A DNA stretch of 50,745 bases from the NCBI GenBank assembly GCA_913062655.1, contig CAJXXO010000001.1, positions 1 through 50,745 of the forward strand, written 5' to 3'. Shown piece by piece: positions 26,795 to 34,489 of this stretch. This DNA is from an uncultured Bacteroidota bacterium. Its GTDB lineage: Bacteria; Bacteroidota; Bacteroidia; Chitinophagales; S012-47. A program made the position numbers and the translations under genes. Every line of letters begins with the position of its first letter. The stretch's first letter is position 1. The notes under the pieces are model-generated. The model was given only the letters and a program-made list of their open reading frames with translations, did not search any database and was not told the DNA's origin.

Positions 26795-29700
26795 GGTCTT
26801 CCATTTTTTGTTGGATGGCCCGTTTGCTCTCCCGGAAGAGGGAAAACAAGACCGGCACAATAAATAGGGTGATAATAGCCACCGTCATACCGCCAAAAGC
26901 GGGAATAGCCATTGGAATCATAATATCAGCTCCCTTTCCTGACGAAGTGAGTATGGGCAGGAGTGCCAATAGGGTGGTGGCGGTGGTCATGATGGCGGGA
27001 CGAACCCGCTTGAGGCTGCCCTGTACTACAGCTTCCCGAATCTGCTCCTTGGTAGTGGGTGTATCGCGAGAAAACTGCTGGTGCAGGTAAGTGGCCATCA
27101 CTACGCCATCATCAGTAGCGATGCCAAACAAGGCGATAAAGCCGACCCATACCGCCACACTCAGGTTGATGGTCTGGATCTGAAACAGTTCCCGCATCTC
27201 TGTGCCGAATAGGCTGAAGTTGAGGAACCACGATTGGTCATAGAGCCAGATCATCAGGAAGCCACCGGCAAAGGCCATCGCTACGCCAGAAAAGACCATC
27301 AAGGTGGTGGGCACCGATTTGAACTGGAAGTAGAGAATCAAAAAGATTACCGCCAGCACCACCGGTATCAGAATAGATAATCGCTTTTCGGCCCGCACCT
27401 GGTTTTCGTAGTTCCCCGCAAAGGCAAAGGATACCCCAGCCGGGACGATCAGTTCCCCCGACTCGATCTTGCGGTCAATAAATCGCTGTGTTTGCTCCAC
27501 GGCAGCGATCTCGGAATAGCCTTCTGCCTTATCAAACAATACATACCCAATCAAGAAGGTGTTTTCACTCTTGATGCTCATGGGGCCTTTCTCAAACGCT
27601 ATGGTTACCAGCTCGCCCAGGGGAATTTGTGCGCCACTCCTGGTAGGCACCAACATATTGCGCAGTTTTTCGGGGTCATCCCGTAGCTCGCGTGGGTAGC
27701 GCACCCGAACCGGGTAACGCTCACGTCCTTCCACCGTAGTGGTGAGTGCCTGCCCACCAATGGCTACCTCTATGTATTGCGTAATGTCCTTCACCCGAAG
27801 GCCGTACCGGGCTATAGCTTCCCGGTCAATGTCGAGGCGCAGGTAGGGTTTACCTACTATGCGATCGGCAAAGACAGATGAGGTTTTTACAGCAGGTACC
27901 TCTTTAATGATCTGCTCCAGTCGAACACCAAACCGCTCGATGGTTGTCAGGTCAGGCCCTTGCACCTTAATGCCGATCGGTGACCGCATTCCGGTTTGCA
28001 ACATTACCAGTCGTGTTTCGATTGGCTGCAGCTTGGGCGCAGACGTGAGACCCGGCAATTGAGTGGCCTTCCGTATTTCTTCCCAGATGTCATCTGGCGA
28101 TTGGATGTGATCACGCCATTGCCGGTAGTATTGCCCATCATCATCCGGTATCAGCAAATCAGCATCAACATAGGGCTGCTCCTCTTTTTTCACTGCCTGT
28201 ATACTATCAGGAAAACCGGGTACGTGTGCCAGGAACCGTCCGTCCTCATTTACCCGGAAGCGTTTCTTTCTGCCATGCTTATCCAGTACATACTCCGACT
28301 TATAATGGATCACATTCTCAAACATGGATAAGGGAGCCGGATCTAACGCACTCTCTACCCGACCCGCTTTACCTACCACTTGTTCCACCTCCGGAATGGC
28401 ATATACAGCCATATCCAGTTGCTGCAGGAATTGCTTATTCTGTTCCACACCCGTGTGTGGCATTGAAGTTGGCATCAGCAAAAAAGAACCCTCATCCAGG
28501 GCCGGCATAAACTCCTCCTGTACCCCAGGGAATGTGTGCAACAAGCCTGACCAGACGGCTGTGGTGCGGACATTGGCCCCCACTTTATCCAATCCTGTAG
28601 CCACCCAACCAAAGGTGCGATTGAACCCAAACCAAATGGTAAGCCCCAAGGTGATGATGACGATGGGTAGGCTTAAAAACAAGGTTTTATACACCAGGAA
28701 AAAGCGTAACAACCGCTCGTACACCTGGATAAAGCCCCAGAAAAAGAGAAGAATCAAGCCAATGAGCAAGAGTACAAACAGGAAGTTGAGCCCGGCCGCA
28801 TGAGCCACCCCTAGGGGCAACCAGGCCATCGCCAAAAGCCAGGAAACAGTAATGATGGCAATGGCGATCTTCAATAGGGTAAATAGGGTCTTCCCCCGGA
28901 TCGGGATACCCGGTATAGAAAAATCCTTTACCTGCTGCGCTATCAGCGTCACTACCACAAATGCTAACAGCGGCCAACCCAGCCAGCTAATGGCAATGCC
29001 TATGTATATCGCAACCAAGGCGATTACCCCTTGTCCAACTAATCTGGGCCATTGTTTTTTCACCCGAATACCGAAGAACCAATGGGCAAAGGCCGGTATG
29101 AAGACGAGCGTGACGATCAACGCTGCTATCAAGGCGAATGTCTTTGTAAAGGCCAAGGGCGCAAACAGTTTGCCTTCTGCCCCTTGCAGGGCAAAGACCG
29201 GAATAAAGCTGATAATGGTCGTAGATACTGCCGTCACGATGGCGGTGCCCACCTCACTCGTGGCCCGGTACACCACATCACGGATAGAGGAGCCTTCCTT
29301 GTCCAGTTCCAGGTGGCGAAGGATATTTTCAGAAAGTATAATGCCCAGGTCCACCATGGTACCAATGGCTATGGCAATACCAGACAAGGCTACAATATTG
29401 GCGGTAATACCCACGTAGCGCATAGCGATGAAAACCATCAATACCGCTACCGGCAGCAAGCCGGATATGAGTACAGAAGCGCTTAGGTTGGCCACCATAA
29501 ACAGGATGACCAGGATGGTAATGATGATCTCCAGCGTAAGGGCTTCTTCCAGCGTGCCTAAGGTTTCATAGATCAATCCGGATCGATCATAAAAGGGTAC
29601 GATCTTCACCTTTGAGGTAGTACCATCGGCCAGGGTTTTACTCGGCAATCCGGGAGCAATCTGCTCGATCTGTGCTTTTACCTGGTTGATCACTTCAAGC

Positions 29701-30635
29701 GGGTTGGCACCATAGCGAGCCACTACCACACCGCCTACCACTTCAGCGCCCTCTTTGTCCAGAATCCCTCTTCTGCTGGCTGGTCCGGTGGTGACAAAGG
29801 CGATATCTTTTACCCGGATCGGTACATTATTGGTCTCCTTGACTACCGCTTGTTCCAGGTCCTCGAGCTGCTCTATATAGCCAATACCCCGCACCAGGTA
29901 TTCCACCTGGTTGATCTCCATGGTTTGTGCACCTACATCCAGGTTGGCATTTTTGATAGCTGCCACCACTTCACCCAAGGTAATGCCATAGGTTTTTAGC
30001 GCATTGGGGTCCACATCGATCTGGTATTCCTTCACATACCCGCCAATGGAAGCGACCTCAGCCACACCTTCTGCACTGGCCAATCCATAGCGCACATAGT
30101 AGTCCTGGATCGAGCGTAATTCTTGCAGGCTCCATCCTCCGGTAGCCTGTCCCAGCGAGTCTTCACCTTCCAGGGTGTACCAAAAAACTTGCCCCAGAGC
30201 CGTGGCATCTGGCCCTAATGCCGGTTGTATGCCCTCCGGTAGTAGACCGGGAGGCAAGGCATTCAGCTTTTCCAATATCCGGGAACGGCTCCAATAAAAC
30301 TCTACATCATCCTCAAAAATGACGTAGATGCTACTGAAGCCAAACATGGAATTGCTCCGAATGGTCTTTACACCCGGAATACCGAGCAATGCGGTGGTCA
30401 GCGGATACGTGATCTGGTCTTCAATATCCTGTGGTGAGCGGCCCGGCCACTGCGTGAAGACTATTTGCTGGTTTTCGCCAATATCCGGTATAGCATCCAC
30501 AGCTACCGGATCATTGGGCAAAACCGTCTGCCAGTTGAAGGGCGAAGTGACTACACCCCATAGTACCAACCCTGTCAGAAGCAGGACGGTAACCAGCTTA
30601 TTGTCCAGAAAAAATCGAATAAGGGAATTCAACAT
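26787..30635 (-). CDS. cusA: CusA/CzcA-family heavy-metal RND efflux pump (enlarged, ~1282 aa)
   Basis: The ORF opens at 30698; I prefer ATG 30635 (MLNSLIRFFLDNKLVTVLLL, the typical N-terminus). RND motifs run throughout. The sequence contexts of the CusA methionine triad are conserved (FLLMPTS, PAPLSMFE, RLVMLQTG). Confidence 0.92.
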   Translation of the reverse strand: MLNSLIRFFLDNKLVTVLLLTGLVLWGVVTSPFNWQTVLPNDPVAVDAIPDIGENQQIVFTQWPGRSPQDIEDQITYPLTTALLGIPGVKTIRSNSMFGFSSIYVIFEDDVEFYWSRSRILEKLNALPPGLLPEGIQPALGPDATALGQVFWYTLEGEDSLGQATGGWSLQELRSIQDYYVRYGLASAEGVAEVASIGGYVKEYQIDVDPNALKTYGITLGEVVAAIKNANLDVGAQTMEINQVEYLVRGIGYIEQLEDLEQAVVKETNNVPIRVKDIAFVTTGPASRRGILDKEGAEVVGGVVVARYGANPLEVINQVKAQIEQIAPGLPSKTLADGTTSKVKIVPFYDRSGLIYETLGTLEEALTLEIIITILVILFMVANLSASVLISGLLPVAVLMVFIAMRYVGITANIVALSGIAIAIGTMVDLGIILSENILRHLELDKEGSSIRDVVYRATSEVGTAIVTAVSTTIISFIPVFALQGAEGKLFAPLAFTKTFALIAALIVTLVFIPAFAHWFFGIRVKKQWPRLVGQGVIALVAIYIGIAISWLGWPLLAFVVVTLIAQQVKDFSIPGIPIRGKTLFTLLKIAIAIITVSWLLAMAWLPLGVAHAAGLNFLFVLLLIGLILLFFWGFIQVYERLLRFFLVYKTLFLSLPIVIITLGLTIWFGFNRTFGWVATGLDKVGANVRTTAVWSGLLHTFPGVQEEFMPALDEGSFLLMPTSMPHTGVEQNKQFLQQLDMAVYAIPEVEQVVGKAGRVESALDPAPLSMFENVIHYKSEYVLDKHGRKKRFRVNEDGRFLAHVPGFPDSIQAVKKEEQPYVDADLLIPDDDGQYYRQWRDHIQSPDDIWEEIRKATQLPGLTSAPKLQPIETRLVMLQTGMRSPIGIKVQGPDLTTIERFGVRLEQIIKEVPAVKTSSVFADRIVGKPYLRLDIDREAIARYGLRVKDITQYIEVAIGGQALTTTVEGRERYPVRVRYPRELRDDPEKLRNMLVPTRSGAQIPLGELVTIAFEKGPMSIKSENTFLIGYVLFDKAEGYSEIAAVEQTQRFIDRKIESGELIVPAGVSFAFAGNYENQVRAEKRLSILIPVVLAVIFLILYFQFKSVPTTLMVFSGVAMAFAGGFLMIWLYDQSWFLNFSLFGTEMRELFQIQTINLSVAVWVGFIALFGIATDDGVVMATYLHQQFSRDTPTTKEQIREAVVQGSLKRVRPAIMTTATTLLALLPILTSSGKGADIMIPMAIPAFGGMTVAIITLFIVPVLFSLFRESKRAIQQKMEDHG

Positions 30636-30713
30636 AGATTCAGCTTTACGAAAGACGCAATACACGTATACCCCTGCCGCCTGGCGACAAGGGTTCAATC
30701 ATTTAGCTGAATC

Positions 30714-31157
30714 TCAAAGTCTGAAAACCTGCAAAATAGCTGGCTGATCGGAATTATTGGCCAGCAAAGGAGGATGATAGTGCAAATAGGCAACAGGAGC
30801 TGCTTCATGCTGACTGAGCCACGCATCAACGATAGGTGAGAGAAGAACCTTCACTTCCCATTCCACATCGATAGCGGCCGAAGCTGAAAAAACATATTGA
30901 TCGGTACGCTCCCAGGTTACATGATCGTCACAACAGTCATCCACGGGGGTATCTGGCTGGTGACAATGCGGTGTTGCCTGGGCTGCATGACAACTTGGTG
31001 CATCTTCCACCTGGTCATGGCAAGTAGGTGTGGTATGATTGACCGTTACTTTTTTAAGGTCGCCACCACAATAATGTTTGTACAACGAAAAGCCTGACCC
31101 TATCAGTAGTAACACCGATAGGCTCATCGTGAAAATGGATGTGAGCAGGCGATTCAT
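30714..31157 (-). CDS. Small membrane-anchored Cys/His-rich protein (HYC..CC..PP pattern), first gene of the efflux operon
   Basis: 147 aa with an N-terminal TM/signal anchor, then KHYCGGD..TPTCHDQ..APSCHAA..TPHCHQP..DDCCDDH and HYHPPLL. The pattern matches what I recall as the NCBI 'HYC_CC_PP family protein' name; this is unverified. Confidence 0.6.
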   Translation of the reverse strand: MNRLLTSIFTMSLSVLLLIGSGFSLYKHYCGGDLKKVTVNHTTPTCHDQVEDAPSCHAAQATPHCHQPDTPVDDCCDDHVTWERTDQYVFSASAAIDVEWEVKVLLSPIVDAWLSQHEAAPVAYLHYHPPLLANNSDQPAILQVFRL

Positions 31158-31160
31158 TGC

Positions 31161-31181
31161 AGGTAAAATTAACTTTTACCT
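31161..31181 (-). promoter_or_regulatory. Perfect 8-bp inverted repeat immediately upstream of the efflux operon start (operator, weak terminator or 5'-UTR hairpin)
   Basis: AGGTAAAA-TTAAC-TTTTACCT. It lies 3 nt upstream of the ATG at 31157 and 17 nt downstream of the stop at 31199. On the minus strand it contains TAATTTTA, one mismatch from the TAnnTTTG -7 box. Confidence 0.3.
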
Positions 31182-31198
31182 AAATAGGTTCAAAAAAG

Positions 31199-32572
31199 TT
31201 ACGGATGGAGTAGTTTACCCGACCACAGCAATTGACCTGCCGGAGTCGTCAGTTCTACCAGATACAGCCCTTTTCCAAAGTCGCTTACATCCATTGGAAT
31301 ATGTTGTTGACCATTGATTGGTGTACTGGTGATAAGACGGCCGGTAATATCCCAGATTTGCAGTTGTCCTTCTTCCAGGGGCTGGCCCAACTGTAACCTG
31401 GACTGCCCTTGCACCGCTGGATTAGGCTGCAATTTTACAGATAGTGGGGAAGTTTCTTCGATACCTGTTGGAAAGGCGTTGTTCTCCAACCGCATTACCA
31501 ATTTATTATCATAATCTACGAAGTACAAATTGCCATCGGGTCCAATTTCAATGCCCATTACATCGGGATTGTTGTTGTAATCCAATGCAATACGGCCTAC
31601 CTCAGCGAAATCATTGTTCCGGTCAAACAATACAATCTCTGCGGTAGCATTATCCGTTACGATTAAAAAATCATCATCTAAGGCAATGCCAACAGGATTT
31701 ACCAGACCTTGGTCGATAATCGTTTCGAATGTCGCTCCCGTGTAGGAAGCATAGTCGGCCAGTGGTTCATTGCTGATCTTGGGTAACGTTTGGTCGCGCT
31801 GGCCACTGGTTACATCCAGCCTGATTATTTCACCGGCAGTCGTATGCACAATGTACAACCAGTTGTTGTCCTTGTCTACCACCATATGCGAGGGCAAGCT
31901 AGAGTGCCGGTTGACCTGAATTTCATCAAAACGATGAACTACTGCATCACCGTGGTAGTCTTGGCCAGGACCATGATCTGCTTTAAAGTCGTAGCGGGTA
32001 ATGGTGCTGGAATAACCATCAAAAATCCAGTACACATTATCTTTTTCGTGGGCTATGCCTTTGCCATAGGGCGTTTGGTGTACCATATCCAGGTGACTTC
32101 CATTATATGCAGCGGTAGGTGGATTACCTACGATACCGTAAATAGTGAGATCACCCGGCCAGAGGGTAGGGCCGGTAAAATTGTATCCAGAACGATTGGC
32201 GTCAATAATGTCCTGAGAGGTGGCCCAGTTGCCATCATCGCCAAAAGATAAAGCACTTGCCATAGCCATAAAATGCCATGCATTACCATCTTTGATGTAC
32301 TCATCATCCGGATTGTCAGAGGTGGCATCATGCAGAATGACGGTATGCCCGCCAGAATTGACATAGCCTTGATTCAATACCCATAGCTCATTGGGTCGGT
32401 CAGGTAGGGGATAAAACTCGAGGTCAACCGGTGTAGAAATGCCTTGGAATACCTTGGCCAATTCTACAAATTGATTACTGTCAGATTGGGTAATAAATCG
32501 ATCGAGAGATTGAGCATTTGTTGTTAGAACAAAACAGCACAGTAATGCTGTGGCAAAGGTAAATTTCTTCAT
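31199..32572 (-). CDS. Secreted beta-propeller (NHL/SMP-30-like) protein with a T9SS C-terminal sorting domain
   Basis: 457 aa with a signal peptide (ALLCCFVLTTNAQ). Repeated blade-like segments include NNWLYIVHTTAGEIIRLD, PVGIALDDDFLIVTDNATAEIVLFD and GPDGNLYFVDYDNKLVMRL. The C-terminus (LQPNPAVQGQSRLQL..GQLQIWDITGRLI..GLYLVELTT..GKLLHP) is CTD-like. Confidence 0.7.
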   Translation of the reverse strand: MKKFTFATALLCCFVLTTNAQSLDRFITQSDSNQFVELAKVFQGISTPVDLEFYPLPDRPNELWVLNQGYVNSGGHTVILHDATSDNPDDEYIKDGNAWHFMAMASALSFGDDGNWATSQDIIDANRSGYNFTGPTLWPGDLTIYGIVGNPPTAAYNGSHLDMVHQTPYGKGIAHEKDNVYWIFDGYSSTITRYDFKADHGPGQDYHGDAVVHRFDEIQVNRHSSLPSHMVVDKDNNWLYIVHTTAGEIIRLDVTSGQRDQTLPKISNEPLADYASYTGATFETIIDQGLVNPVGIALDDDFLIVTDNATAEIVLFDRNNDFAEVGRIALDYNNNPDVMGIEIGPDGNLYFVDYDNKLVMRLENNAFPTGIEETSPLSVKLQPNPAVQGQSRLQLGQPLEEGQLQIWDITGRLITSTPINGQQHIPMDVSDFGKGLYLVELTTPAGQLLWSGKLLHP

Positions 32573-32630
32573 GTGTGGTCTTTAGACTTGGTAATCAGAC
32601 CACAATATAAGGGATATGTGATGGTTTTGT

Positions 32631-33143
32631 TCACTCACGCAGCCGTAGTCCCAACCAAATGGTTACACCACCGGAGATTAACAGGCCAATGCCAATTAAA
32701 ATAATCAGGGCGGCAGCCGAGCCAAATGGATCGCTAATAATGAGTACGCCTAGGATAGCCGTTAGCAGTCCTCCAGCTAGCATCAGGGTTTTAGCCGGGT
32801 GGCCTTTGGGCTGCTGTGCACTGCCATACAATTGTAAAATTCCCATAAGCAACAATAGAATACCTAGTAGTGTCAATAAAACGGCAGCAGTACCCACCGG
32901 ATTGGCTACCAGTATCAGCCCCACGATCACATTGAACACCCCTTCCATTATGCGATAACTATAGGTATCCGTAAGCTGTTTACGCCTGTACTCCGTGAGC
33001 AAGATGAAGCCACCCACAATCAGGGCCATAATCCCTAAGATGGTGACAAGGGTAGCGACAGACAGTTCCGGGTTGAAGAGACACAATAGACCCATTAACA
33101 CTAAAAATATGCCGCGCCAGATCAATCCATTGGATAGTTGCAT
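32631..33143 (-). CDS. HdeD/DUF308 family membrane protein
   Basis: The ORF opens at 33344; I prefer ATG 33143 (MQLSNGLIWRGIFLVLMGLLCLFNP). About 170 aa with six hydrophobic helices with G-rich repeats typical of DUF308. Confidence 0.7.
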   Translation of the reverse strand: MQLSNGLIWRGIFLVLMGLLCLFNPELSVATLVTILGIMALIVGGFILLTEYRRKQLTDTYSYRIMEGVFNVIVGLILVANPVGTAAVLLTLLGILLLLMGILQLYGSAQQPKGHPAKTLMLAGGLLTAILGVLIISDPFGSAAALIILIGIGLLISGGVTIWLGLRLRE

Positions 33144-33243
33144 AAATGATACGTTTGGGTAGGTAGATGGTAATAAATCACCCGAAAAGTTATGAAAGAA
33201 TTTGGTTAGGTTTACCTCCGCTCGAAACAGTCCGCCTACGCCT

Positions 33244-34479
33244 ATGAAGCCTGCCCGGAAGCGAATAGTGATGCTGATCTTGTTGTGGATGTGGGTCGGT
33301 CCTCTCGCTGCGCAAGTTGAAAAGCCGCTTGTACCCGCTGCCACGATACCTTTCGAATGGCATCGGGGACTGATATACCTGCAAATAGAAGTAGACTCCC
33401 TGGGGCACTTCCCCTTTCTCTTCGATACCGGTACGCCCGGTTCTTTTCTCTACCGTGATGAGGCGGTAGCTATGGGCTTGCCCATCAAGAAACAGAAGCG
33501 GCAATTGCACGAACGGGATTCACTGGACTACGGGAAAGTGAAACGACTAACCTATCGTTTGTCCGGCATTCAACTGCCTGTCCGATCGGTTACGGTTTTT
33601 AGGCGTACCCATTTCCCACTGCTGCAGGGACGGCATTGTATTGGTGTCATTGGCACGGATCTGCTGGATGCGTTTGTTGTGGAAGTAGATTACGCCCAAC
33701 AGCAACTGCGCCTATTCGACCGGTCTACCTATGAAGCTGGTGAGGCGTTTTATGCTATCGATTGCAAAACCTACAAAGGCACACCAGTGCTGCCCATCCG
33801 CCTCGAAGAGGGTGCACAGGTATGGGAGCACCGGGTGGCGCTACATACCGGTTTTAATGGCACATTAGCCTTAAGTGAAAGAACGGCCCGTAAATTCGAT
33901 CACTATGAGCCGTATCCTGATTACTTGTATGGATATGATATCATTTTACCCGGACATTTCTATCCTCGAAGAAAGGTAAGCCTCGAAGAACTACAAATGG
34001 TGGGTATTACCTACCGTCAGGTACCCATCGACCTGGTGCGCAGGGAGAAAAGCCTGATTTTCCGCCCTTACTGGATGGATGGTATTGTGGGTAATGAATT
34101 GCTTTCGCTCTTTACCTGGGCGATCGATATCCGCAGTAATACCTTATATGTGAAACCGCGGCCCGATAAAACAGCTCCGCAACGCATCATTTCCTGGCAT
34201 GGTATGCGTTTCACCACCAATCGCAGTCAGGAAAGGCTACTGGTATATGATGTGTTGCCCAATAGTCCCGCAGAAAAAGCAGGCATACGTCCGGGAGATG
34301 AGATCATTGCATTGTACGACACGCCATTTTCTACCCTTAGCCTGGCAGAGGTGGAAGCTATGTTGAGCGGCAGCAAAAAGAAAGTACAAGTGTACGTGAA
34401 GCAGGGAAAAACCATTTATGACAAGATCTTCCGGCTTCAACCTATGTACGCACCGGGTGCAGCCTCGGGCATTGATTAA
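33244..34479 (+). CDS. Retropepsin-like aspartyl protease family protein with a C-terminal PDZ domain
   Basis: The ORF opens at 33202; I prefer ATG 33244 (MKPARKRIVMLILLWMWVGPLAAQ signal). It has a D-T-G motif (FLFDTGTPGSF), a second lobe with HTG (ALHTGFNGTLAL) and a PDZ-like segment (LLVYDVLPNSPAEKAGIRPGDEIIAL). Confidence 0.75.
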   Translation: MKPARKRIVMLILLWMWVGPLAAQVEKPLVPAATIPFEWHRGLIYLQIEVDSLGHFPFLFDTGTPGSFLYRDEAVAMGLPIKKQKRQLHERDSLDYGKVKRLTYRLSGIQLPVRSVTVFRRTHFPLLQGRHCIGVIGTDLLDAFVVEVDYAQQQLRLFDRSTYEAGEAFYAIDCKTYKGTPVLPIRLEEGAQVWEHRVALHTGFNGTLALSERTARKFDHYEPYPDYLYGYDIILPGHFYPRRKVSLEELQMVGITYRQVPIDLVRREKSLIFRPYWMDGIVGNELLSLFTWAIDIRSNTLYVKPRPDKTAPQRIISWHGMRFTTNRSQERLLVYDVLPNSPAEKAGIRPGDEIIALYDTPFSTLSLAEVEAMLSGSKKKVQVYVKQGKTIYDKIFRLQPMYAPGAASGID

Positions 34480-34489
34480 ATTTGAGGTT

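Noticed and set aside
26795-26860. N-terminal extensions offered by the ORF track for the TolC-like gene (to 26860), cusA (to 30698), the HdeD-like gene (to 33344), the protease gene (from 33202), the TPR protein gene (from 34418), the TBDR gene (from 18775) and the DUF2141 gene (from 20688).
   Set aside because: The extensions overlap upstream genes or encode non-signal, low-plausibility sequence. In each case an internal ATG gives a typical signal peptide or family N-terminus, or a compact ATG/stop overlap.
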